A stretch of DNA of 48,156 nucleotides, the filler included, from Sphacelaria rigidula (Eukaryota), in the NCBI GenBank assembly GCA_964200075.2. It is 2 parts of 2 records of this genome, joined end to end, with 100 filler letters (N's around TTAATTAATTAA, not from the genome) between each part and the next. Parts side by side here need not be neighbours in the genome. Positions count along the whole stretch, not along the records: positions 1 to 24,032 come from CAXNAA020000229.1; positions 24,133 to 48,156 come from CAXNAA020000230.1. One strand, written 5' to 3'. Positions within the stretch are counted from its first letter, which is position 1; each line of letters starts with the position of its first letter. The notes beneath the pieces are model-generated. The model ran no database searches. It worked only from the letters and a program-made list of their open reading frames with translations, and was not told the DNA's origin. Both the position numbers and the translations under genes were made by a program. Of the stretch, positions 22,923-34,751 are shown in pieces.

Positions 22923-24032
22923 GTATGTGTAGCGTAGCTGCAGCTGCAGCTGCAGCTTTGGAGACTTTTGGTGCATGAGACACAGTTGTCAGTATTTGGA
23001 TATGGGTTTCCCCCTCGAAGTTCGTTTATTCGATCCGCGTCTAGCACCTGTGAAGTAAAATTATCGCTTTTCTCCATCGATAGTGGCTGAAGTGGGTATA
23101 CCACGTTTGTTTTCTGTGTATCTCCAGCTGAGTGTACAGAGCCACACATCCAGTCTTTTCTGACTTGAACATCCCGCAGCGCAATGCATACGAATGCTGG
23201 TGCCGACATGGTGACGCAGAGGGCGCCCACGCTGGTGGCCAATCTCCGCTGACTTTTTATACTCCACTGGGTGGCTGCTTCCCACGCATAGCTGTACATT
23301 TCGAGTATTTTTCCTCTCTCACCTTCTCACGAGCGCTCTGTTCTAACAACGAAGAGAAGAGCGCTGGTGCCCTCTCCTGGTTCCCCGTTTTAAGTGGATG
23401 ACTATGCCTCCCCCACGCCGCCCCGCAGGGGGACAGCGTGGTGCGTTGAACCGTGGGGGAGGCACACCACCTGATACGTTCGTGCGTTGCCTGGCGCCAA
23501 TGTAGATCAAGTTTCAGAGAAGCACGTTGCTCATAACCCGACTATTTAGTGTGGAAGACCTGCTCATATTCCAGTTATGCAGAACGTTCACTTGGACAGA
23601 AGCTTGGGAATGCTTGGAACGATTGGTGGAACGGTGCAGTGGGTGGTGAATCACAGTTGCTGCACCATGGCCAAGTTTTTTCTAGATTTTCGAATTCGGC
23701 GGAGAATGGGGATCTGGCACTCTAGACCCAAGTAATTAGGCTACCAGGCGTTGTCAAACTCCCGAAAATGCAGTTGGTTCAAGCGTTGGAAGCACGTCCT
23801 GGACTCAGGGCAAGAAGGTACGCTGTACACTGTCTACCAGATATTGGTGCGAGTTGACCCTGAGTCTGAAATGTGGAACAGATCTGGTGACTGAAGAAAA
23901 CTGCTGAGGCGGCTGATTGTTGGAGTTGCCTCGAGACTGCTTCACACCCTATTGGGAGGAGGTAGTACTCATGATCATGCATGTCATAGTCATGAGGCCG
24001 TTGACCTCGCATCCCTACAAAGCCGGGACGGA

Positions 24033-24132
24033 NNNNNNNNNNNNNNNNNNNNNNNNNNNNNNNNNNNNNNNNNNNNTTAATTAATTAANNNNNNNNNNNN
24101 NNNNNNNNNNNNNNNNNNNNNNNNNNNNNNNN
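24033..24132. other. Assembly spacer: 44 N + TTAATTAATTAA + 44 N
   Basis: Symmetric 100-bp block whose 12-mer places stop codons in all six frames, typical of an artificial scaffold linker. Confidence 0.95.
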
Positions 24133-24199
24133 GGGAAAGCACGGCTTTTGAGTTGAACCTCATTTTTTTCAACCCCATTTTCGAGAATCGGCTGTTACT

Positions 24200-24323
24200 A
24201 CACAGACCTTGGACCAACGATCACTTCCAGACCCGCCGCATTTCTGAACCTGCGTGTAGATCTGGAGTATAATCTGCACAAAATTGCTTCTCGATGCTCG
24301 TAGGATTCAGGACGGGTCGTTAT
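24200..24323. mobile_element. Left part of MITE copy split by the Gypsy insertion (continues at 34694-34757)
   Basis: ACACAGACCTTGGACCAACG...GGTCGTTAT matches 45391-45508; the continuation is found on the far side of the LTR element. Confidence 0.8.
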
Positions 24324-25117
24324 ATAATGCCAGGAGAAGACCTTGCGCTCAGATTTCCAACAAAGGTTGAACCACTGTTATGGGGCTGAGGTGATGCGAT
24401 TCGCAGAACCTCGAAGTGATGAAACGTGTAGAGTCCCAAAAAGTTGTCCAAAGGTGATGTGTTGGCCACTTGCATTGATTCTTTTATGCTACGATACTGA
24501 AAGGCCCCAGAAATCGACACAAGAGCAATCTATAACCGGAAAACAGACCGAAACTTGACCTAAAACTGCAGAACAAAGCTGTTGCTGAGGCTGAGAGAAG
24601 GGTGTAGAACGAAGTGATCATCAGGGGGGTTTGCGTTAATGCTTGAGTGCACCCCGCTAGCCTTTGACCCTTTTGTCCTTGCTCATTCACTTGAACCCAA
24701 ATCTGTGAGTTCACGTTTCGAAGAATCGTTCTACTCGGGAATATCCCACAGGTTTTCATCCTTTGTCTACCCTCAACACACAAAAGCTCCAAAGATCGTA
24801 TCTTGTTTTGTTGTATTTTCTTAGATATACCCCAGATTCCCAAACCTGCTATAATATTAATTATAAGTAAGAAATAATCCGTGTACAAATTTTCTTGACT
24901 TTCAAACAACTCAACTTCGAATATATCTCCCCACTTGTGTGCAAACCTCAACTTGTGGCTCACAATGCCTATAAACACTATAGCACAATCCCTGTACCGC
25001 GGATTAGAGCTATTTTATGTTGTTTTACCCCGGTTCCCATCCGCACATATCTTACTTTTACCCGTAGAACTGGTTTATTACAAAACCATAAAGCCTCCGA
25101 GAGTTTGGCTCACCACA
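24324..25117 (-). repeat. 3' LTR of minus-strand Gypsy element (~794 bp)
   Basis: Direct repeat of 33927-34689, with an extra ~26-nt AT-rich insert near 24850-24875. Preceded on the minus strand by the purine-biased AGGATGGG-CTAA. Confidence 0.93.
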
Positions 25118-25579
25118 TTAGCCCATCCTGTGAACCTAAATTCCATCTCATGATCAGATAAATTTGGTGAACAAACTACTGTAAAGCGCAAAAACCCTGG
25201 TGAGCCTCAATATTTCCACCCGATACTCAAACTAAGCACCCCCAACCCCTGAACCTGGAAGAGAAAACTCCAAGAAGAAAAATCGCAACATCCATTATTT
25301 TACAATACTTTCCGCACAATCTACTTCACAAATCGGCTCTCTTCCTTGTAATTTCTGCCTGTGTTCGACCCACACAATTATTTCAACAGTCAAACCCACA
25401 GTAAAACGGAGAAAAACATTCAAACTAAGATCACAAATCAGCCAGGGCATTTCATCGTTCTCCTGGCTCCTTCTGCTCCTCGTTGTCATGTACCGATGCC
25501 AAACCACCCCCAATCATCTACGTCTTCTGATGTCCGTCTGCATATGCGATGATGGTCGATGGGCTCCCTCAATCCTCTC

Positions 25580-28500
25580 CAGCTACAATGTGTGTGCGAA
25601 GATCTTCGATTTCCCTTGCTGCACATGAACATGCCAACACCAATCCCCTCCTTGGTTCCTAGAGGTGTTCAATTTTTCCGCCAACAGGTGGACATTGTAC
25701 CGCCTTCCCAGGTCCAGCATCCTCAAGGTATGCGGGCGATTGCAGCGCTGCATTTTCCTGGAGTCTCATTATTCGTGCTAACTGCCACCCTGCTTTCTGC
25801 GTACAAAAATAAATGTAGCATCCAACAAGTTGCGGATCGTGTACGTGAGGGCCATCATTGACGTTGCCCTTGACTTCGTAACCCTTAGCCACAAACATTT
25901 TTCCTCGCCTCCTCGCCTCCTCCCTTCGTGCCAAGTTTATACGATACTTTGCGTTGTCGGGTTTTTCCATCTTCGGACTTCCCATCCAGTATGTTGAAAT
26001 CACACGACGATATTGTTTGACGTCCTCTTCATGTTCCCATCTCGGCCTTTCCAAATTTTCCCAATACAGTAGGTATTGTACGGACAGCTTCCCCCCCAAA
26101 CCGCGAGATATACGGTGGCTCACGATTTTTGTGGGTTTCAACCTTTACTTGTCTAACTGCACTGACACATCCTCCTCTGTCAGGTGTCACGGCGGTGACA
26201 ATCCCGAGTACTGGTTCAACGCGTATTCACTCAGGCCCCAAGGTAACGATTTAGGTGGCTTCGGCTCATCTTTTGGATTGTAGCACCGCTTACATCGCAA
26301 CACCGAAACTCGAGGACTCACGATTACTCCCGGCTCATTTTTCCGAAGTTCGAGCGAGAGCATTTTTTCTCCTACTAGCTCTCCCTTTTTCGAAATGCCT
26401 GGTCCTACCACCAAAATTTTATACGGACCCTTCCATGAGTGAGACTGTTTAGACGATAAGGATGTTTTTCTCCCCTCTCGTACCGCATTTCCTCCCGACA
26501 TGATCGTACCCTTGGTATCATAAACGAATACCCAGTTACCTACCTCCCATTTTGGTCGTCGATTCAAGACTTCCTCCACTTGCTCATTGTTTGCCTCATG
26601 TTTGGATTTTAATAAATAGTCTTCTTGTCTCAAAAGATCGTACGCTTTGGCTCGACGATCCTTCATTAACCGCAAATACTCGAGTTGATCTGCCTTCAGT
26701 CCTTGGTGTCCGGACGCACCCTTCTTCTCCAGGGTGGTCATGGGTCACCTGGGATATCTTCCGATATGCACCTCATCCGGCGCCAATCCTATTCCCCTAA
26801 TTACGTTATTGTTGTGTGCGGAAATGGCGTGTAGCAACCACTTATCCCAACCCTTCTGGCCATCAGCCACCAGATACGACAACATTTGACACAACGTGTG
26901 GTTTAGTCGCTCTACCATTCCGTTTGACTGTGGGTGATACGCACTTGTGTATCATTTCACGGCTCCCAACATCTCATAAACCAACCTCGCTACTTTTGCT
27001 GTAAACCCCGTTCCTCGATCCGATAGTAACGTGTGAGGACATCCTCACCTTGGAAAATAATCATGCGCTAAAATATTTGCACAACCTCCGGCTGCTTTCT
27101 CTTCTTTGGTGAGAGCATACGCTTCCGCGTGCTTACTAAATAGGTCCACCATCAAGAGAATGTATGTATTTCATCTCGTTGATCTCGGCAACGGACCCAA
27201 CAAATCGAACGAAACCATCTGCCCTTGTTGACTTGGCAGCGGTAAAGAGATGAGTGGCCACCTCACCGTATGTTTTGGATTTTTCCGATCTTGACATGTA
27301 TAACATCGTCCAATCCAGAATTTCACACTGTCCTTCATTCCAATCCACCAGCAATACCGTTTCAACAGAGATGGCGTAATACCTTCTCCCAAGTGGAAAG
27401 CTTCTTTGTGGGTTTGGTCCATCACCCAAGGTCTCGATAACAGTGGCACGTACGTCCTGGTTGGCTCTTCTCCCAAGTACCTCTCAAATTATCCCGGATT
27501 TTGGTCCATTTGACTGGGCATTGGAGTCTTCATTTTTACCAATACAACGCTTCCGTCCGCCATTTCAAAAAGTGTTTCATTTTTCAACAATCTTTTGAAG
27601 TCGGATAAGTCAATTCGTGTGGGGACACCCTTCTCCTGATCTTTCGTCAACACCGTCACTCGTTTTTTCAAATATTCGAAAACAGTCCCTGACGTGAGAT
27701 CTTTCTGCTCTATCCGAGCCCGACCTGTTCCCCAAAATTACAGGAGCTTCAAGAGTCGGTTATACCGTCATTTGTGGCCCCGCACTACTGCTTCCTATTT
27801 CAGTTATGGGTTGGATTATCGACACTGCCCTGTGTTCTAGAGGCTGTCGTAATCTCCTCCCTATTTCCGTGATCGGACATGCATTCAAGGTTGAACCCTG
27901 TTCCCATTGTCCACTGACCATGTGACTACGATGGGGATAAACCAACGGGGAGTAGTCCGGTACTACGTACAGCGGCTTGTTCGCTAGTTTCCTCCCTATT
28001 TTACTTGTATCACGACTACTCTCGGCTCTTTGTAGCTCCATCCATTGTTGATCAGCTCTCTCAGAGGTCGTGAGCGGTGCTGTGCTTACTTCTTTCCCCC
28101 CAATTTTGAAAACCGATCCAGGGTCCAGCCCATTCAACTTTGAATCCTGGGTACTCACTACCGATCCTATGTGTTTGTCCCTGGTGGGGCTTTCGAAATT
28201 ACTTGGCCAAACACCACTAGCACCAATGGAATAGACATCCATGTCTCCGGGGTCTGTCATTTGGGCATCCCCAGGCAGGTCATTTTCATTTGGTGGCCGT
28301 GGTAGACACGACAACATATCGGCGTCTGCGTTAACACGCCCTGGCTTGTACTTTATTTCGCAGAAGTCGTGCCAACGCTGAACTCGCGGAACCTTTTCTG
28401 CTAGGCTCAGTAAATTTCTCAACGGTTGGTGATCCGTGTAAATCTCGAAAGGCACACCATAGGAAAGTGGTCTGTTCTTTTCGATGGCCCTTCCAGATCC

Positions 28501-30345
28501 TCTACACGTTGTCCTCCTGTTCCACTGAACGTACACACATCGTCAATGTATAGGCGACATCGTGCTAAACCATCACATCTTATTGTCATGATATACTGGA
28601 ACCAACCTGGACTTCCGCTACATCCCATAGGCATGACCAACCATTCATAGACCACTCTGCGTGCTAATCGCCGTCAAAGGAATGGAGTCCTGGTGTATAG
28701 TTACGTCAAAATTTCCGGAGGTGATGTCCAGGCATGAAAATATTTTGGCACCCTCCAGTTCATCCAGGAGTTCCTCAATTATTGGAATCGGTAACACCGG
28801 AATTATCGTGCTATCATTAAGCTTTTTGTAGTTGCACGTAATGCGAGTGGACCTATCCGCTTTGTCCACCAGTACGAGCGGACTACTCCAACTGGAATAT
28901 GATCTCCTCAAAATGCCTGCAGCCAACATGCGATCGATTTCCACTTCTACTTTCTTTTGGATCGCCGGGTTATGCCGATACGGGCGCTGTTATACGGGCC
29001 TCCTTCCCGGTTTGAGTTCAATCTTGAGCGGATCCACCGTGCAATACCCCAAATCCATCTTGTCCTTGGAGAATCGATGTGAATATCTGCACAAGAGTTC
29101 TCCCAAATGTTGGATGTCCTTAACCGTCCAATGCGCTCCTTCCAACCCAAACATTATTTTTCGTATATGTGTGGGAAGTTTCACCCACATATCCTTAAAC
29201 GCTTGTTGTTGCTCACCGTCCAAGCCTGCTAAGACTGGAGGCTCTTCTAATTTCGGGTTCACTGTGAATACCTCCTCGGGTTCCGGCTCCGTTGTTTCAG
29301 AGATATTAACTTATTCCAAAGAACATGGCACTGAAGGTGCTCCAGCGAAACCTAGAGTGGTGTTCGGAGTCAACATCTGTCCTTCTAAACCGGTATAACG
29401 GAGAGGGATGATGGATTCACCTGCTCCTATAATAATCTCATGTAGAGACCAATCTGGATCCAGAGTTACATAGTAGGAGCCACTTTCAGGCGGAGTTCCG
29501 TCCATGTTACAGAGTTTGACAGGGACCCATGGCAATGTATCTGGTCGTATCATATCCTGAGATCCGTTGTAAACTACTATAATTTGAGCTGTCGACGACT
29601 TTGATTCAACCAAGCCAACAGCACTGCGGACTTGTTCCGCAAACGCACGATCAACAGAGTCGATGTTATTTCCTTGCAGGGTCATGACTGTTTCTCGTTG
29701 GTTTACATCACGATACGTTCTGACCGGGAATAAACCCAGGCCATCGCGTCCTACTAAAACGTCATAGTTCATTGTTCCGTCAGGTACTACGTAGGCGTAA
29801 ATGGCCAAACATGCTCGTCCGGGTTGAACTGACATTGTTGGGTTGGGTCCTCTAGGCCACAGTCGAATATTCAACCGCACCTGTGAAGAAGTACACAACG
29901 GGACACCATTGAAACCACCCCAGGATACAGCGTCTATCTCCCGGGTACCTTCGATGGTAGCCAGCCCGACATCAACCATTTTTTTCCATATTTTTTAATG
30001 AATAAATGTCGCGGGACTCCCCGTGTCTATCAAAGCTTATACTTCCAAAGTTCTAGCTGCCTTCGGGCCTGAGAAAATTTGTGCCCAGGTCGAACCTTCT
30101 TTGCGGTTGAAGCTCACTTTCCGTCCCATCACTTGCTGAATTTCTGCCAAGTAAGGTCCTTTCCTCCCTCGCGCAACCTGGCTAGATATTATCGCTGGCA
30201 CGCGGACATAAACTGATTCTGTAGGCAAACGACTGCCAGTTTTCGGGCCCAGCGCGTAAATACAATCGGCCGGTGTCTTACTTGGGTCGTTACCATTTCC
30301 TACAACTACACTACGCACGACGCAGCACGAAGATTCATCACTCAT
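25580..30345 (-). pseudogene. pol: pol region of Gypsy element: protease, RT, RNase H (partly deleted), integrase, chromodomain, Tudor-like tail
   Basis: ALIDTGSPATFI (DTG at 30019-30027); RT motifs SSWSSPLVLV, CLDITSG, VMPMG and YIDD (28539-28550); RH motif FEIYTDHQPL; IN HHCC (H..H...CYTC), FDLLGPLP and WKGPY; then IVSHR...QYLLYWENLERPRWEHEEDV. Multiple stops and frameshifts. Confidence 0.95.
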
Positions 30346-31508
30346 CTATTTGACATCAAGTATCTTGGGATGCGTCAACGACACTATCGGGGAAAACAAT
30401 AGTCATGTAATCCTGCACATCGTTACCGTCATCAGCTGATCCACTTCCGTGCACGGTTGCTAGATCGAGAGTAGAACCAGCTACGCTTGATCCTCCCTGA
30501 CCTATCTTACTGTCACCCCGACTGTTGCGTGCTGATCGGCTAGGCACATCGGAGTCTCTACTGGAAGAAATTTGATTGAATGCTACTAATTATCGAACGG
30601 ATACTTTTGTGTTCATCTTGCCCATTGGAAATTTCGGCGGGGCAATTCTTCTTTTCCCCTACCGAAGTATTTCTATTTTCCCGACTGTCACGGGCATTTT
30701 TACCGTGCACCGCGGGAGTTCTAGATTCGGCGGGAGAATTATCATTCCGTCCAAATAGGTGACTACTATTACTAATGCTCCCGGTGCGGGCGTTTTTGCC
30801 TTGCACGGGCGAACTTTCGGCGGGAATATCCTGGCATGTGGTCCCCGGTTCAACTGGGTAGCGAGATTTATTTTGATCACTTTTTCGACCATGCGGAAGT
30901 CTTGCCTCACCCGAGATGCTTACATTATCTACTGGTTGCTCTGTAACATGTGACTGTACAGTCACATCGGGTCCATCCATGACCCTGGCAGCGACCGAAG
31001 GCTCAACTGATACAACTCGGCTGCATGCTTTTGCAGTCGATGTTTTACTGTCACCTAAAATATCCTTGAGAATCGGCGCACAACTAGGGGAGCTACCCCT
31101 ACCCGACACACCATTTTTTCCGGCCGGACTGGAATGTCCCGCAAGATTTCAACACTAAGACCCTACTTGCACCCGTCTGCAATAATTTGCCTACAGACTA
31201 GTTGACATTTTCATCTGTACGGGATTGTGATTTTTTCCAACCTTGAGAATACCGTTACGGGGATGATTTGTCACCGTGCTGGATTCCAACGTTTCAACGG
31301 AACCACAAAGCGTACCCTTCTGAAACGGATCTCCCCCGTTTCCCCAACTAGATTTCTTCCCGTGCGTGGATGACCTAGTTGGACCGTGCGGACTAGAAAC
31401 AGAGCCGCTACTTGTGCTTGCATTATCTGCGAGAGGGTCAGGTCCTCTAGTTAATATAGCGGGCCGAGGTGCTGTCGGGGAATTGGCCAACTCTTCACCC
31501 TCGCATCC

Positions 31509-33875
31509 TTAATGTCTGTTCCTATTACGATGGTAGTCACACAGTCTTCGCTGCCATCGTCGCCATTTGGATGACACATCCTGTGACGTACCATTTCCAA
31601 TTTCATGGTGAATGATTCCAGATTTACTCATGAAGTCGTGTGGACATTCTCTAGCCAGGAGATGATCCTCACTTCCACAGTTCAAACAAAATAGTCCGAA
31701 TGCTTTTCTAGCGGCATCCTTGGCCTCGCGAGAGTCAAACGGTTCATAAAAAGGAGAATCTCTACCCTTCTTCCCAAACCGATGGTTGTTTTTCATACCG
31801 ATGGAGTTGACATACTGCATTTCAATGTCTCCCTCCTCAAACATGTCAGTGGTTGCCATTACACCACCAAATTTTCGACTCTGAAAGGCTTTTGCATGAT
31901 GCCTGGCCATGGTTGTTACGCCACCTACCAGCCCTATTTTGGCAGATGGTTTCGTGACAAGAAGTCCAGACAATCTCTTGGCTAATGCCTCATCTTTCCT
32001 CAACCTTGCTGCTGCTTGCTTACGTCTACGAGCCGCCGCTCGAAGTTCCGCTTGGTACAGTACCAGAGCGAGAGCTTCATCGCCGTCCGTATCTGAACCG
32101 GCGAGTGAAATGACTTCCCGGGAAGGGACCAACTGTACTTGAGATAGCGAGACATCCCTACCCATGTTTTCTACATCGGCTTCTGAAATGCGGGTGCATT
32201 TTCCCATCATGGTTTCGACGTATGTGACCCTGGGTCCTGTCTGTACAGCCTGAATAGGGGTATATACACACCCCGGTGCCGCTACAGTAGTGCACGGACG
32301 CCGATCATCATTGGCATCGATGCCCATCACTCGGCAACGATCCGCATATGACAGCGCGTCCAACATTTGACGAACATTGTCCAACACATCGTCTATCGCT
32401 GTTCTCTGGTGCTCTACTTCTACCGTGGTGTTCACCATGGGTGCACCTGGTTCAACTTCAACCGTACTGGGTTATTTACCTCAACGGCCGTAGTAGCCGG
32501 AGTATCCGAAGTGTCCGGAGGGCCTGCAGGGTTGCCAGCCCGGGCCTCTTCGGGACGTGAGGTGTGAGGTACCATCACCCCCGGCACTCCTACCCCTGAG
32601 GATCTTAGAATTCCCCTTGAATATTTTGCGATCCTCCGTGTCTGTGGGCGAGAGGACAGTACCAGCAACAGGCATGGCACTCATGGTCACTACAAGTTCC
32701 GACGATGAATCATCTGGTTGTGTGAGCAAATGAGATTGACTATTCGACTGACCGGTAGTGGCCTGCGATCTACCTTCTGAACCGCACCCTATCTCTGATA
32801 TTACTGGTGCAGCGCGCACCTCCGGCATCCGACTATCGTGCCGCTGGGCACGGATCCGCTCATTGTCTTCCGTGATATCACCGCCCAGTTCGATTTCCGA
32901 CAGGACCGAAGGCAACTTGGATTTTGTTTTATGCAGCATGACAATTTGTTGAATTACCCCGGATGCATTTGATCGTGAACTCCCTTGCTCTACATCGGGC
33001 GTGGACAGACGAGGTGCAAATTCACTAGAAGATGAACTCGAGTATGAACAAATTTCGTTGTTCTGTTCGAGGTTGATATCACGCTCATTGTGATTTCGGG
33101 ACAATGGCGCGAGGGTATCCAGCCTTCTTTCAACATTACTGAGAGATCGCGTACGATTCTCCGCGGGCTCATCCTTTACATCTCTGGACACCTGCGAAAT
33201 GTCATCCTCATGGCATCGTGTAGTGGGCAAATCACTACTGGTTTTTTCAGGGGGCGAGGAAACCAACTCTGCATCAGTTCTATTCGATACCACCCTGTTA
33301 ACAACATCAACTGGAGTCCGTTCGGTATCTTCGCCGGTCACGCTTTCTACACATTTCATGTTGTTTCTACTTGGGGTGCAAGATCCAAACTTTGAACGTT
33401 GGTGTCTCTCGCCCCAACGGTGTCCCTCACGGACCCAACGTTTCCTACCTGAGGCGAAATATCCACAATGTCATGTGAAGTGCCCCGCGAGCAGGTCATG
33501 TTCTCTACTTCAGGGAGGGGGCGTTCTCATGTGTTGCTTGCCGTCGTCGTTTGACCATTGACCACGCATCCCTTTCGAGACGGGGCATACTTCAGGGATG
33601 GGAAGGGCTAACTGAACTTGATTCGTTACACCTCTTTCCCCCACAGTGGTGGACACTGCATTTGCTAAAAGTCTCGACCCCTCGTCCGACACACTCTCAA
33701 CTGACTTCGTCTGTACCTGTTCACCTTGTACGGCTAACATTTCGGATGCAACTGTCACTCGGTCTGAACTATCCGTGGGTGGACACAACTCAGCGTCTAC
33801 TTTCTTCTGGGCTCTGGTACGTACACCAGTTGAAAAACTCGCAGCGCTGTTCGAACGGCTTTTCTTACCGGACAT
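31509..33875 (-). pseudogene. gag: gag-like region of Gypsy element (interrupted)
   Basis: Chain of same-frame ORFs (33510-33875, 32481-33359, 31509-32438) just downstream of the PBS. Zinc knuckle CLNCGSEDHLLAREC at 31644-31688. Confidence 0.75.
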
Positions 33876-33910
33876 CTCTGAAGTTATGCTGCTGTCTTCA
33901 CCCCTGTGGA

Positions 33911-33926
33911 CTACCGTCGATCGCCA
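33911..33926 (-). promoter_or_regulatory. Candidate primer-binding site (PBS)
   Basis: Minus strand reads TGGCGATCGACGGTAG immediately after the 5' LTR; TGG is complementary to the tRNA CCA end. The cognate tRNA was not identified. Confidence 0.65.
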
Positions 33927-34689
33927 ATATTACCAGAAGACCTTGCGCTCAGATCTCCAACAAAGGTTGAACCACTGTTATGGGACTGAGGTGATGCGAT
34001 TCGCAGAACCTCGAAGTGATGAAACGTGTAGAGTCCCAAAAAGTTGTCCAAAGGTGATGTGGTGCCACTTGTTTCAATTCTTTATGCTACAGTACTGGAA
34101 GGCCCCAGAAATCAACACAAGAGCAATCTATAACCGGAAAACAGACCGGAACTTGACCTAAAACTGCAGAACAAAGCTGTTGCTGAGGCTGAGAGTAGAG
34201 TGTAGAACGAAGTGATCATCAGGGAGGTTTGCGTCAATGCTTGAGTGCACCCCGCTAGCCTTTGACCCTTTTGTCCTTGCTCACGCACTTGAACCCAAAT
34301 CTGTGAGTTCACGTTTCGAAGAATCGTTCTACTCGGGAATATCCCACAGGTTTTCATCCTTTGTCTACCCTCAACACACAAAAGCTCCAAAGATCGTATC
34401 TTGCTTTGTTGTATTTTCTTAGACACACCCCAGATTCCCAAACCTGCCAATCCGTGTACAAATTTTCTTGTCTTTTAAACAACTCAACTTCGAATATATC
34501 TCCCCACTGTGTACAAACCTCGACTTGTGGCTCACAATGACTAGAAACACTATAGCGCAATCCCTGTACCCCAGGTTAGAGCTATTTTATGTTGTTTTAC
34601 CCCGGTTCCCATACGCACATATCTTACTTTTACCCGTAGAGCTGGTTCAGCACAAAACCATGAAGCCTCCGAGAGTTTGGCTCACCACA
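33927..34689 (-). repeat. 5' LTR of minus-strand Gypsy element (~763 bp)
   Basis: Direct repeat of 24324-25117, roughly 90-95% identical by eye. Starts TGTGG on the minus strand and is followed directly by TGGCGATCGACGG. Confidence 0.93.
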
Positions 34690-34751
34690 TTATGGGTCCA
34701 ATCCGCTGGCGAAAGGGGTTGTGAAAAAGGGGTAATTCCCCTCGTTATGAA

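Larger units (their letters stand above)
24324..34689 (-). mobile_element. Two-LTR but decayed Ty3/Gypsy retrotransposon (chromodomain-bearing)
   Basis: Two direct LTRs, TTAT duplication at 24320-24323 and 34690-34693, and domain order gag(CCHC)-PR-RT-RH-IN-chromodomain on the minus strand with many stops and frameshifts. An unoccupied homologous site is at 45501-45520. Confidence 0.95.

Noticed and set aside
24033-24132. TTAATTAATTAA palindrome embedded in Ns as a biological motif or piggyBac target
   Set aside because: The symmetric 44+12+44 layout with stops in all frames is an artificial scaffold linker.
24484-24978. ORFs inside the LTRs (also 34112-34450)
   Set aside because: No recognisable motifs, and they differ between the two LTR copies, so they are incidental.
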